Shown in pieces: positions 46,289-55,764 of a DNA stretch of 64,000 nt. The stretch is from Candidatus Pacearchaeota archaeon (GTDB lineage Archaea; Nanobdellota; Nanobdellia; Pacearchaeales; GW2011-AR1), in contig JBAZWF010000001.1 of the NCBI GenBank assembly GCA_041660485.1, positions 474,224 to 538,223 of the forward strand, in the 5' to 3' direction. Position 1 is the first letter of the stretch; every line of letters starts with the position of its first letter. The translations under genes and the position numbers were made by a program. Below the pieces are notes generated by a model. That model was not told the DNA's origin and made no database searches. It was given only the letters and a program-made list of their open reading frames with translations.

Positions 46289-47407
46289 ATGAACCAAAAA
46301 ATCGTTTTTATCAAAAATCAAGTATTTAGTTGGATTTATATAAACACATTAAGACCAATTTTTTTCTTAGTTGATGCTGAAGTAATTCATGATCAATTTA
46401 CATTTCTTGGAAAAGTTTTAGGTTCTAATTTTATCACAAAGTTTTTTACAAGAATATTTTTTAGCTATTCAAATCCTAGATTAACTCAGAAAATTCTTGG
46501 TATTGAATTTAAAAATCCAGTAGGTTTAGCAGCAGGTTTTGATAAAGGGGCTAATTTAGTTAATATATTACCTGATGTAGGATTTGGTTTTGAAGAAATT
46601 GGTTCTATAACTGGCGAACCATGCGAAGGAAACCCCAAACCTAGATTATGGCGCCTAAAAGAATCAAAATCTCTTGCAGTTTACTATGGTTTGAAAAATG
46701 AAGGCTGTGAAAAAGCATATGAAAAATTAAAAAATATGAAATTTATAATTCCTATCTGGACAAGTATTGCAAAAACAAATTCTCCAGAAACCGCAGACAC
46801 TAATAAAGGTATTGAAGATTATATTAAAGCATATAAAACTCTTTCAGGTATTGGAAGTATTTCAGTACTTAATATTAGCTGTCCAAATGCTTTTGGTGGG
46901 CAACCATTTCATGATAAAGAAAAATTAGAAAAACTTTTAAAAGAAATTTCAAAAATCAAATCAAGCAAACCCCTTCTACTTAAACTTTCTCCTGATTTAA
47001 ATAAAAAACAATTAGATGATATTATTATTCTTTCAAAGAAATATAATGTTAAAGGATTTATTTGTTCAAATTTAACAAAAGAAAATAAACCTGTTGAAAA
47101 AGATGTTTCATATAAAGGGGGCTTAAGCGGAAAACTTGTTGAAAATCTGTCAAATGAACAAATAAGCTATATTTATAATAAAACTAAAGGCAAATTTATA
47201 ATAATTGGCACTGGCGGAATTTTTTCAGCAGAAGATGCTTATAAGAAAATTAAGCTTGGAGCTTCACTTGTTCAATTAATTACAGGTATGATTTATCAAG
47301 GTCCCCAGTTAATAAGTGAAATCAACCAAGGATTGGTTGAACTTCTTGAAAAAGATAGATATAATAATATTTCAGAAGCAATTGGTAAAGAATCAAAATT
47401 AAATTAA
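46289..47407 (+). CDS. pyrD: dihydroorotate dehydrogenase, class 2-like
   Basis: Collinear with the E. coli PyrD pattern: 'FKNPVGLAAGFDK', 'GFGFEEIGSIT', 'NPKPRLWRL', 'NISCPN', 'GGLSG', 'IIGTGGI', 'GASLVQL'. Confidence 0.9.
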   Translation: MNQKIVFIKNQVFSWIYINTLRPIFFLVDAEVIHDQFTFLGKVLGSNFITKFFTRIFFSYSNPRLTQKILGIEFKNPVGLAAGFDKGANLVNILPDVGFGFEEIGSITGEPCEGNPKPRLWRLKESKSLAVYYGLKNEGCEKAYEKLKNMKFIIPIWTSIAKTNSPETADTNKGIEDYIKAYKTLSGIGSISVLNISCPNAFGGQPFHDKEKLEKLLKEISKIKSSKPLLLKLSPDLNKKQLDDIIILSKKYNVKGFICSNLTKENKPVEKDVSYKGGLSGKLVENLSNEQISYIYNKTKGKFIIIGTGGIFSAEDAYKKIKLGASLVQLITGMIYQGPQLISEINQGLVELLEKDRYNNISEAIGKESKLN

Positions 47408-47459
47408 TAATAGTGTTATACCTTAATTATTTTTATAAACCCTCTTTAATATTTAATTT

Positions 47460-47975
47460 ATGCCAGCATTATATATTGGAGGAGATGAATCTAATAACGG
47501 ACATATTCCTGAGATTCATTCAGCAGTTTTTTCTTACATTCAATCAGATATAGCTTTTGGGGATTTTCCAAAAATTCGTGATGGAGATTATAAATGGGAT
47601 TTAACAGTTGGAAAAAATAGGTGGTTTAGGTTTTTAATTAATTCAAACAGAAGAAATTCAAAGTCAAACAAAGACCTTATTGGAAGAATTTATGGAAGTT
47701 TATTATATGAAGAAATTTCTCCAGATGTCTCTGAAATTAATTTTTATATTGATGGACATATTTCAAATCCTGAGAAAAACTCGCTTCTAGGTATAGTGTC
47801 TGAAGTTTCAAATTTATCCCATAAGTATATAAAAATTAATTTTGGTCCGCATTATGATGAAAGAATATCTCTAGTAAATAAAGCAGACAAAATTGCTAAT
47901 TATTTATTTAGGAAGAAAACAACTCTTGAAACTCTTTCTCAGGATAGTCGTATAAAGCCTCTTTTATCTTTCTAA
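47460..47975 (+). CDS. hypothetical protein (weak DUF3800-like features)
   Basis: 'LYIGGDESNNG' N-terminus and 'ADKIANYLFR' near the C-terminus; assignment is weak. Confidence 0.4.
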   Translation: MPALYIGGDESNNGHIPEIHSAVFSYIQSDIAFGDFPKIRDGDYKWDLTVGKNRWFRFLINSNRRNSKSNKDLIGRIYGSLLYEEISPDVSEINFYIDGHISNPEKNSLLGIVSEVSNLSHKYIKINFGPHYDERISLVNKADKIANYLFRKKTTLETLSQDSRIKPLLSF

Positions 47976-48472
47976 CTCCATTTACATCCAATTCCATTAA
48001 TTATTGCATTTTTCTCCGCTTTTTGAATTTCTTCTTTATACTTAGACTCTCCCACAAATCTTGCAACACAATATCCCTCTTCTACTAATTGCAAATTTAT
48101 ATTATTTCCATTAAGAAAAATCCATCTTAATTGTCTATCATACATATCTCTATCTTCTTTTTCCATTTCTAATTCAACTGTTTTTCCTAATAACAACTCA
48201 TCAATTCTTTTTTTAGCAGGAGTAAAACATTCTTTTCCCTTTTCATCACAATCAATTCCCAATAATCTTACGCTTTCTCCTCCTTCAACAATTACTGTAT
48301 CTCCATCAATTATCTTGGTAACAATTTTTTCTTCTTTTTGAGATTCAGATAAACCAATTATATTTCCACTAATTCCCATACCTATTATCAGATATAATGA
48401 AATATACATACTAATAAAAAGAACTATTACAATTAATAAAACTAGAATAATTTTCGCCCCCCTTTTTTCCAT
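47972..48472 (-). CDS. membrane-anchored staphylococcal-nuclease (SNase/thermonuclease)-like nuclease
   Basis: TM anchor, then 'VTKIIDGDTVIVEGGESVRLLGIDCDE' and 'DRQLRWIFLNGNNINLQLVEEGYC'. Confidence 0.75.
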   Translation of the reverse strand: MEKRGAKIILVLLIVIVLFISMYISLYLIIGMGISGNIIGLSESQKEEKIVTKIIDGDTVIVEGGESVRLLGIDCDEKGKECFTPAKKRIDELLLGKTVELEMEKEDRDMYDRQLRWIFLNGNNINLQLVEEGYCVARFVGESKYKEEIQKAEKNAIINGIGCKWS

Positions 48473-48548
48473 AGTTTATTTAATTTAAGAAATATTTTAA
48501 ATTTAACTATTCCACAAGTTTTTTATATGCCTTTAGCCATATAAATAA

Positions 48549-49004
48549 ATGGAAAAAGAATACCGTCATAAGATGTTTGATCCAAAAGTAATTAATCAGA
48601 ATATTCTTGCCCCAGAACATTTTCATAAGCTTTTCAGTAAGAAAGAACTTACATTCAGCCAAAAAGCATCTGATACATTGACCAGTTTTATTGGAAGTTG
48701 GAAATTTATTTTTATTTTCCTTTTCTTTTTGCTACTCTGGATTTCTGTTAATGTTTATTTAGTTGTTGAATTTGAAATAGGAGATCCTTTTGACCCATAT
48801 CCATTTGTTTTTCTTAATTTAATTTTAGCTGCAATAACCTCAATTCAAGCACCAATAATTATGATGAGTCAGAACAGGCAGGCAGAGCGCGAGCGAATCC
48901 GCGCAGAATACGATTATGCAATTAATAGAAAAACCGAAAAAGAAGTTCGTGAAATTAAAAATGATATTGAAAACATTAAGCAGATGTTGAGGGGAAGGAA
49001 GTAA
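48549..49004 (+). CDS. DUF1003 membrane protein
   Basis: 'GSWKFIF', 'DPYPFVFLNLILAAITSIQAPIIMMSQNRQAERER' pattern. Confidence 0.65.
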   Translation: MEKEYRHKMFDPKVINQNILAPEHFHKLFSKKELTFSQKASDTLTSFIGSWKFIFIFLFFLLLWISVNVYLVVEFEIGDPFDPYPFVFLNLILAAITSIQAPIIMMSQNRQAERERIRAEYDYAINRKTEKEVREIKNDIENIKQMLRGRK

Positions 49005-49009
49005 ATTTC

Positions 49010-49618
49010 TTAATTACGAATTGCCGAGATTAAATTAAATCTATCTTTCCATATTCTTACAAGATTAAATATTAAAATAATTGCTGCAAGAATTAAAGAG
49101 ATATAAAAATAAATTATTTTAGTCTCAATAAAAAATATTCCAATAAAGATTATAATAACTGCAAGGATAATTGTCCAAGAAATATAATCTTTAGTTATTG
49201 ATTTGTTCTTTTTTATAACTGGTTTTCTTATCCAAATAAAAATAAAGAGAACTATTCCTATTACAAAAAAAGGAATAAGTAAGAAGGGGTTAAATGGCTT
49301 ACCATAAACTAATTTTCTTAAAAATCCAAATAGTTCAACAAGTATTATAAGTCCCAAAATAATTCCTAAGGAACTTAAATAATATTGTTTTTTAGTCTCT
49401 GGACCAATTGAATTAAAAAAATCCCAATAACTATTATTATCTTTAATTTTTTGATAATATAAAAAGGATATAATTCCTGCAATTACAGAAAATATTAATA
49501 AATTTGGATTTTTATAGTATAAACCTACAATAAAATAAAATAGTACAAAAAAAACACTTGAACCAATATATCTTTTTTTAATCAAGGCATAATTTTGAGA
49601 GACTAATGTTTTTTTCAT
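49010..49618 (-). CDS. multi-pass membrane protein
   Basis: 202-aa ORF with about 5 TM. Confidence 0.5.
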   Translation of the reverse strand: MKKTLVSQNYALIKKRYIGSSVFFVLFYFIVGLYYKNPNLLIFSVIAGIISFLYYQKIKDNNSYWDFFNSIGPETKKQYYLSSLGIILGLIILVELFGFLRKLVYGKPFNPFLLIPFFVIGIVLFIFIWIRKPVIKKNKSITKDYISWTIILAVIIIFIGIFFIETKIIYFYISLILAAIILIFNLVRIWKDRFNLISAIRN

Positions 49619-49656
49619 GTAAGCTTTAGTAAAGTAATTAATTTAAAGCTTTCCTA

Positions 49657-49977
49657 TTAATTAAACTCTACGCAAAGTTTTACCAATCTATTACTATCAA
49701 ATAAATAATTTGAATATATGTCTTTAACTTTCCCTTTCTCACTTTCATTTGAAGGAGTTGTATGTAAGCAAATTCCCCTTTGTTTTATTTTAAAACCAAT
49801 TTTATCTCTTATATTTATTTGCCCCTGATAATATCCATAACATTCTCCAACTAATATTAGTGAATTAAGTTGAATACCCTTTAAATCTTCAATTGATTTT
49901 ATTTCTTTTGCTTTAGCTCTTTCAGCTGGTGTTGGTCCACTAACTATTTTTCCCAATAGTTCCTGATATGTTTCCAT
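49657..49977 (-). CDS. hypothetical protein
   Basis: 106-aa ORF with no motif. Confidence 0.4.
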   Translation of the reverse strand: METYQELLGKIVSGPTPAERAKAKEIKSIEDLKGIQLNSLILVGECYGYYQGQINIRDKIGFKIKQRGICLHTTPSNESEKGKVKDIYSNYLFDSNRLVKLCVEFN

Positions 49978-50018
49978 AATTAAAGAGATTAAATAAAGAT
50001 ATTTAAGTTTTTATATTA

Positions 50019-50663
50019 TCAAGTCTTCTTTTCAAAATTTCTAAATAATACCTGCCCCATTTTATATGAACCATAAGTTATAAAGAACGCCGCAAAAACA
50101 TCAATGCTATAATGGAGGTGCATGGATAATACAGTTATTGCCATTATAACTGACATTGCTAAGAAAAAATATTTTATTTTCTTATTTTCAAATATTAAAA
50201 AACCTAAAAAAGGAACAGCTACATGCCCAGAGAAAAATAAATCATTTCCAAATGCAAAGTTCTGAATCCCTCCAGGGAATACAGGCAATATTGCATCAGT
50301 AGGAAGTTTTAGGTGAGTTAAACATATAAAAATACTTCTTATAATAACTAATAAACTAAATTGACTAATTACTTTATGTAATTGATGAACTTTAAAAAAT
50401 AAAGGATATAAAAACATAAATAAGAAAATTAAAATAAAACCATAGACAAATAAATAACTTAAATCAGTCGGAGGCAATAAATCTAAAAATAAATCTGTAA
50501 CTTCTACTCCTCCTGCTTTATCAACATAATTTCCAGAAATATATTCTAATATAATTGCTAAACCTAAAAAAAGTAAAGATAATATAATTAGTTTTTTATG
50601 CCCATATAACTCTATTCCCCAGGATTTCACTCTTGAAACAAACTTTTCGCCTAATTTCTCCAT
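50019..50663 (-). CDS. PAP2_C / sphingomyelin-synthase-like membrane phosphatase-fold protein
   Basis: 'FFSGHVAVPF' (SGH) and 'HLHYSIDVFAAFF' (HYxxD) motifs in a 6-TM protein. Confidence 0.55.
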   Translation of the reverse strand: MEKLGEKFVSRVKSWGIELYGHKKLIILSLLFLGLAIILEYISGNYVDKAGGVEVTDLFLDLLPPTDLSYLFVYGFILIFLFMFLYPLFFKVHQLHKVISQFSLLVIIRSIFICLTHLKLPTDAILPVFPGGIQNFAFGNDLFFSGHVAVPFLGFLIFENKKIKYFFLAMSVIMAITVLSMHLHYSIDVFAAFFITYGSYKMGQVLFRNFEKKT

Positions 50664-50758
50664 ATAAATATAGGGAGTTGAGATTTATAAGGGTTTCAAT
50701 AATTAGGTAACATGCCCCCACGAGGAGTTTGACTAAAAGGTACTACTCCTTAAATCCC

Positions 50759-50923
50759 TCATAACCTAGTAGAAATAAAGAAACCAATTACTCCTCCACC
50801 AATTACTCCTAGAGTTCTATCTATACCTATCGCTCCAGCAATAAAATAACCAAGTATAGACCCAATTATAGTAAATAATACTGGGGGTGAAGTTACAGCT
50901 TGTAATTGTGCTTTTTTATTCAT
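50759..50923 (-). CDS. 54-aa 2-TM Gly-rich miniprotein (below ORF-track cutoff)
   Basis: My own translation: MNKKAQLQAVTSPPVLFTIIGSILGYFIAGAIGIDRTLGVIGGGVIGFFISTRL*. SD GGAGGG upstream; ATGA overlap with the stop of 50920..51132. Confidence 0.45.
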   Translation of the reverse strand: MNKKAQLQAVTSPPVLFTIIGSILGYFIAGAIGIDRTLGVIGGGVIGFFISTRL

Positions 50924-51132
50924 TTTTTCTCCCTCCAAATATATACCCCTATACCACCAAGGGTAGTACCAATAATAAAAGTGATTAATGGCAAAACTTC
51001 ATTTGAGGGGACTTTTTGAATAATGATGTAAGTAAAAGAAGCTAATACAAACACTATAACAAAGATGAGTGTCAATATTCTTAGCAAGTTTTTAACAGCT
51101 CTATCATTATAAAGAAATCCTTTCTTTTCCAT
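50920..51132 (-). CDS. 70-aa 2-TM miniprotein
   Basis: ORF track; two hydrophobic helices with basic termini. Confidence 0.5.
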   Translation of the reverse strand: MEKKGFLYNDRAVKNLLRILTLIFVIVFVLASFTYIIIQKVPSNEVLPLITFIIGTTLGGIGVYIWREKK

Positions 51133-51202
51133 GTTCTTGCATTGTTATTATACAATTATTCACCCTATTTATTTATGAAAACCTATTATAAAAAACTATC
51201 AT

Positions 51203-51901
51203 TTATGGGGATTCATCCCCTTTAAAGTACTTAATGGCAAATTCTCTTACAAATTTGTCTATTTCTAAGAAAATGGGGATTGCTTTAATTTTATCTTCTT
51301 CGCTCTTAACTGCTTGTGCTATAGGTCTAAATTCTTTTGAACTCTTAAACATTAATGGTTGTCCTTTTATTAATTCTTTTCTCGCTTGTTCTTCTGTAAT
51401 TTTTCCACTTGTAACTAATCCAGCTAATTCTATCAATTTCTCAACAGCATTTGGAACTTCCCATGTTGGAACATATTTATCTTTAGTTAGTTTAATTTTG
51501 TTATAGTGAGCGTAAGGATTTCTTAACTCGTCTCTTTTAGATTCCAAAAAGTTTAACTCTTCTGGAATTAAACAATTTAACGATTTACATTTAGAAATAG
51601 CGTTCCCAAAATTCATTTTTTCTATTTCTTCATCTTTTACACCTTCGATAAATAATTTTTCTTTTGTAATAACCTCTAAAAGTATACCACAAAGAACCAA
51701 TGAAGCATTATAAAATCCATAAGCAGTTAAAAAATAAGCCTGAAAATATAAGGCTCTTAAATGACTTTCCATAAATGGAAGTTCTTCGTTTGGTAATTTA
51801 TCGAGATTTTCATTCAACTTTACTTTTAAGTTTTCTAATTCTATCTCAATCAATTTATTCTTATCCTCAAAGAGTTTATTTGTCATCTCTTTCACCACCA
51901 T
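51203..51901 (-). CDS. HEPN-motif protein (putative RNase)
   Basis: 'RDELRNPYAHYNK' gives R-x4-H (RNxxAH variant) in a predicted all-helical protein. 26-nt overlap with the upstream gene. Confidence 0.5.
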   Translation of the reverse strand: MVVKEMTNKLFEDKNKLIEIELENLKVKLNENLDKLPNEELPFMESHLRALYFQAYFLTAYGFYNASLVLCGILLEVITKEKLFIEGVKDEEIEKMNFGNAISKCKSLNCLIPEELNFLESKRDELRNPYAHYNKIKLTKDKYVPTWEVPNAVEKLIELAGLVTSGKITEEQARKELIKGQPLMFKSSKEFRPIAQAVKSEEDKIKAIPIFLEIDKFVREFAIKYFKGDESP

Positions 51902-52202
51902 TTAACAATGCAAATATACAAGTCACCAAGACAACACATAGAATATATGCTCCAAATGTTTTAGCAGGTTCAGTTAATAAGTCAACCCACCAAGGTAGTA
52001 AATTAAATGCCGTTGACTCTCCAAATTTTTCTAATAAGCTAGGAGTTTTAAAAACTATATACAAAATTGATAGTATAAACCACTTAATTATTGGTAAAGA
52101 TAACAGTAGACCAAATGATAGTGTTAAAATTCTCCACCAATTATGTATAAATACTTCTAAAAGAAAATTCAATGATGTTTCTATTTCTTCCCAGTCAACC
52201 AT
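51876..52202 (-). CDS. 3-TM membrane protein
   Basis: 108-aa ORF; its start abuts the rhomboid stop (52203/52202). Confidence 0.5.
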   Translation of the reverse strand: MVDWEEIETSLNFLLEVFIHNWWRILTLSFGLLLSLPIIKWFILSILYIVFKTPSLLEKFGESTAFNLLPWWVDLLTEPAKTFGAYILCVVLVTCIFALLNGGERDDK

Positions 52203-53120
52203 TTAATCTCTCCATTTCTTATTTATAAAAATGAAATAACTACCGCAAACAATAATCCCATAAGCTATTCCTATATAGTGCATAAAGAAATCAATAAATG
52301 TTCCACTCTTAAACATAAGATTGAAAGATGGAAAAATAATTTTTGGTGTCATAAAGAAAAGTATGGGTGTAGTAATTAAAAAGAATGCCCATATAACTCC
52401 CCTCTTTGATTCTTTTGATATTTCAATTATAATATTTTTAATATTAGAAATTAAGGTTAATAGAAATATGAAAAATAAAATTGACACAAAAATAAGCAGA
52501 CTTGATAAGCCCTTGCTGTAATAAAAGACAAATAATAAAGCTACATATATCATACAAAATAAACTTGTTCTTACATCAAAACTAATCTTATTGTCTATTT
52601 TATTAAAATACATTGCCCAAAAGATTATTGTAAATCCTGCTAATGCAGATACTATGCCAGACGCTCCTGCTGAATGTTGTAGATTAGGAAGCCAGCTTAA
52701 GATGATTGGATATAATTTCACTTGGATAAATGAGCTTAGTATTGGTAATGAGATTACTAAGAATAAAAATAACCTGTAGAACTCCTTTTTCAAGTTCAAT
52801 TTATTAACAAATATTATTATTAATATTAAATACAAAAAATATCCAAATAGATTGGAACTTAAATGACTCCAACTATTATGAACAAATGATTGAGTAAGAT
52901 ATTGCCACCAAATAGGGTTTTTAATATCAAGTTGTAGTATATTCCTAATATTCAAAGGAAGAATCATAATTAGAGTCGTTAAAACAGGAAGTATTAACAT
53001 AAGCACAATATCTACCTTGTTTATTCCTTTAATTAATTCTAAGACTTGTGTCTTTAAGGAGGAGATGCTTAATTGTCTTTTCAGTTCTTCCTTAACATTT
53101 CTAAAGTTAAACTTCTGCAT
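52203..53120 (-). CDS. rhomboid-family intramembrane serine protease
   Basis: 'WWQYLTQSFVHNSWSHLSSNLFGYF' (W.xxT..F.H....H...N), 'HSAGASGIVSALAG' (GxSG) and 'MHYIGIAYG' (HxxGxxxG). All three signatures are present in a 6-7 TM protein. Confidence 0.75.
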   Translation of the reverse strand: MQKFNFRNVKEELKRQLSISSLKTQVLELIKGINKVDIVLMLILPVLTTLIMILPLNIRNILQLDIKNPIWWQYLTQSFVHNSWSHLSSNLFGYFLYLILIIIFVNKLNLKKEFYRLFLFLVISLPILSSFIQVKLYPIILSWLPNLQHSAGASGIVSALAGFTIIFWAMYFNKIDNKISFDVRTSLFCMIYVALLFVFYYSKGLSSLLIFVSILFFIFLLTLISNIKNIIIEISKESKRGVIWAFFLITTPILFFMTPKIIFPSFNLMFKSGTFIDFFMHYIGIAYGIIVCGSYFIFINKKWRD

Positions 53121-53157
53121 ATCTACCCTAATAAAATGATGCTATAAAGAATTTTCG

Positions 53158-54066
53158 TTATTTGTTTTCTTCAACTTTTTTCTTCAAATCTTCAAGTTCC
53201 TTTTTCAATTCCTCAAGTTCCTTCTCTTGTTTTGCTATATCTTCCTTACTAAAATAAGGTACATCTTTTAACGACTTCAATTTTGCTAGATGTTCTTCTT
53301 TATTCTTCTTCAAAATTTCAAGTTCAGTTATTCTTTTTACCATTGTTCTAAGCGCTCTATTGACCTCTATATCTGTTTTAACATTCAAACATAAAGACAA
53401 TACTTCAAATATTTCTAAGACCCTATCTTTGAACACCTCTTCTTTTAGTGGAAATTCTGCTTCCATTAGGTTAATAGATGGACCTTCAAAATAATATTTT
53501 GGTTTTCTTTTATCTCTTTCATTTAAACCTTGCTCTCTAATGTTATTTCCCAATTTTATTATCTCATCAACAATCGTATCGTTTATTTGATTAGAACTCC
53601 ATTCCTTCTCCAATTTGTAAGTGGGTGTTTGAGCATAATTAAATTCTTTAATTTTCCTTTGAATGTTTATTTTCCAATCATTATTGAGGTTTGTAAGTTT
53701 ATTAGAGATTTTATTTTTAACATCTTTATTCAATCCCCTCATTATTGTTTTGAATCTTTCATAAGACCTAAGATTGTTAAATGTCAAACCTAATCTACCT
53801 GTGCCTTCTAAGTTGCCTTCTCTACTTAATACATCAAAGAAAACATTAGGTTCATCTTTAGCTATTGCAACATCACGAGTTTCATCTTTTTGACAAAACA
53901 TAAGCCAATTCTCTTGACTTACAATATCAAAAATTTCTTCGTTGGTCCTAGAAGGAATAATCTCTTCATTCTTTATAGTCTCTTTTGCTAAGTTATACCA
54001 TTTAGCATACACTTTTTTGTCTACTAATTTTGTTCTATCTTTAGCCATTTTATTCTCCATCTTCAC
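53158..54066 (-). CDS. hypothetical protein with C-terminal coiled coil
   Basis: 302-aa ORF with the tail 'KQEKELEELKKELEDLKKKVEENK' and no recognisable catalytic motif. 17-nt overlap with the upstream nuclease gene. Confidence 0.55.
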   Translation of the reverse strand: MKMENKMAKDRTKLVDKKVYAKWYNLAKETIKNEEIIPSRTNEEIFDIVSQENWLMFCQKDETRDVAIAKDEPNVFFDVLSREGNLEGTGRLGLTFNNLRSYERFKTIMRGLNKDVKNKISNKLTNLNNDWKINIQRKIKEFNYAQTPTYKLEKEWSSNQINDTIVDEIIKLGNNIREQGLNERDKRKPKYYFEGPSINLMEAEFPLKEEVFKDRVLEIFEVLSLCLNVKTDIEVNRALRTMVKRITELEILKKNKEEHLAKLKSLKDVPYFSKEDIAKQEKELEELKKELEDLKKKVEENK

Positions 54067-54730
54067 TTTCTATTAAGCGACACCATTCACACTCTTCTTC
54101 TTTCCCACTATCTTTTGGACAAGGTCCACATAATAATTTGAGTGCTTTATTCCATACCTTTTCTGCATTTTTAACATTGATTTGAAGTTTTAATAATTTT
54201 GTATCAAAGATTACTTCGCCAGTAGTGGTAACTTCCTTAGGAATATAGAACAATAAAAAGCCATAGTCTTCTGTTTCATAACCATTCTTCCTTAATAAGA
54301 AGTTGTAAGTATCTAATTGCAATCTATAGTGTTCATGAGTATCTTCTTTAAGTGGGAAGCCACGAGTTTTATAATCCAAAACTATTAGTTTTTTTCCTTT
54401 CATTAAAATGTTATCAACAGCACCATGTAATATGTTTCCTTCTTCGTCCGCCCATGTGATACCTTTAAGGTTATTTCTCCATACTTTCAATAATTCTTTG
54501 TTATCAAATAGTTTACAATCCTTACAATCACCATTCTCTTTTAATTCAGGTGGTAGTTCATTCTTATCTCTAAACTTATCAAAGTGTGTTTTCAGTATGT
54601 TGTCCATTCCAGAGGGTAAGCTTGGAAATATAGAATCGGGTCTCTTCTTATGTTCATTTTGATGTAACCAAAAACATCTAGGGCATTCCTCCATAAGATT
54701 GAGTGATGATGGTGACAATTTGAATACCAT
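54050..54730 (-). CDS. Cas4/RecB-like PD-(D/E)XK nuclease with Fe-S cysteines
   Basis: 'EECPRCFW' (N-terminal Cys), 'HGAVDNIL...LIVLDYKTR' (D...DxK), 'YRLQLDTYNFLL' (QxxxY), 'CGPCPKDSGKEEECEWC' (C-terminal Cys cluster). The likely start is ATG 54730 ('MVFKLSPSSL'); the ORF track extends to 54796. Confidence 0.7.
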   Translation of the reverse strand: MVFKLSPSSLNLMEECPRCFWLHQNEHKKRPDSIFPSLPSGMDNILKTHFDKFRDKNELPPELKENGDCKDCKLFDNKELLKVWRNNLKGITWADEEGNILHGAVDNILMKGKKLIVLDYKTRGFPLKEDTHEHYRLQLDTYNFLLRKNGYETEDYGFLLFYIPKEVTTTGEVIFDTKLLKLQINVKNAEKVWNKALKLLCGPCPKDSGKEEECEWCRLIESEDGE

Positions 54731-54893
54731 TTTAGTCACTAGAATTAAGATAGAGAGGTTATAAAAGTCTTTGGATTTCACCCCATAGAAAACCATTAGT
54801 GAACTTATTATTCTTTCCTATAAGTCATTTATGGAAATAAATAAGAATGTTTATAAGATAAGTATACTCTAATTTTAATAAGAGAAACTTAAA

Positions 54894-55070
54894 ATGAAAT
54901 TCAACTATATCAAAGCGGTTATTAGAATGTTAACAATAATCTTTGGTTCATTTTTTGTTTGGGTTGTTGCTTCAAACGACTCTAATTTATTGATTACTTC
55001 TATTACACTGATTTTGTTTATTGCTACCGCATTAATTGATACTTCAACTAATGAAACGAGAAAAAGGTGA
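54894..55070 (+). CDS. 58-aa 2-TM miniprotein (below ORF-track cutoff)
   Basis: My own translation: MKFNYIKAVIRMLTIIFGSFFVWVVASNDSNLLITSITLILFIATALIDTSTNETRKR*. Confidence 0.35.
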   Translation: MKFNYIKAVIRMLTIIFGSFFVWVVASNDSNLLITSITLILFIATALIDTSTNETRKR

Positions 55071-55071
55071 A

Positions 55072-55356
55072 TTATTCACAATCATCCACAATTTTAATCT
55101 TATTTGGTTTCTTTTTCTTCTCTTTAGAATACTTCCATTTTTGGATTTTGAGGTATAGTAACTTTACTTCTTTCTTATTTAACTTAGGATAAGCTAGTTG
55201 TAAGTCTTCCTCATCATAATCACTCCTATCTTCTAATAGGTCTTCTTTAAGAAAGGAATTGAACAACTTATCAACCTTCTTTTTGTTAATTGTTTGTTTA
55301 TTATTTTTCATAATAAAATAAAAAGAAGCTGGATTATAAAGATTGCTCGACGACAA
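55072..55356 (-). CDS. hypothetical Lys/Asp/Glu-rich protein
   Basis: 94-aa ORF. Confidence 0.4.
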   Translation of the reverse strand: MSSSNLYNPASFYFIMKNNKQTINKKKVDKLFNSFLKEDLLEDRSDYDEEDLQLAYPKLNKKEVKLLYLKIQKWKYSKEKKKKPNKIKIVDDCE

Positions 55357-55384
55357 ATTATAAAATATTAATAATAATTTAAGA

Positions 55385-55567
55385 TTATCTTTTAGTTAGA
55401 ATTAAAGTGCTTCCATCTTTTTTTATTTTTAATTTTCCACAATCAAAGTCTTTGTATTTTTTATTAAGATAACTTCCCATATTTAAAACCTTATCAACAC
55501 TTTCATCAATCTCTTTTTGAGAAGATTTAAAACCTTTTTCAGTTTTAATGGTTAAAGTAATTTTCAT
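55385..55567 (-). CDS. small hypothetical protein
   Basis: 60-aa ORF. Confidence 0.35.
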   Translation of the reverse strand: MKITLTIKTEKGFKSSQKEIDESVDKVLNMGSYLNKKYKDFDCGKLKIKKDGSTLILTKR

Positions 55568-55611
55568 ACAACATTAAACTATAACTTCTTTATATTAATT
55601 CCGTTTAGTTA

Positions 55612-55764
55612 TCATAAGGGTATGTGCCACATAACATAAGCTTGAACTTTTTTCATAATTTCACAAGTGCATCTCCAACAATAACCAAACTTCTTATATG
55701 CCTGTTTATCCATGACTTTTATTGTTCTTCTACATCGTTTACATTTTGGAGTATGTGTTTTCAT
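55612..55764 (-). CDS. 50-aa zinc-ribbon miniprotein (below ORF-track cutoff)
   Basis: My own translation: MKTHTPKCKRCRRTIKVMDKQAYKKFGYCWRCTCEIMKKVQAYVMWHIPL*, with a CxxC...CxxC pair. Preferred over the antisense ORF 55624..55806. Confidence 0.4.
   Translation of the reverse strand: MKTHTPKCKRCRRTIKVMDKQAYKKFGYCWRCTCEIMKKVQAYVMWHIPL

Noticed and set aside
51234-54662. Plus-strand ORFs 51234..51506, 51775..52206, 52321..52521, 52591..52779, 53530..53793 and 54408..54662 opposite the candidate defence operon
   Set aside because: All are antisense to motif-bearing genes (HEPN, rhomboid, Cas4-like). They have no motifs and no start-site context.
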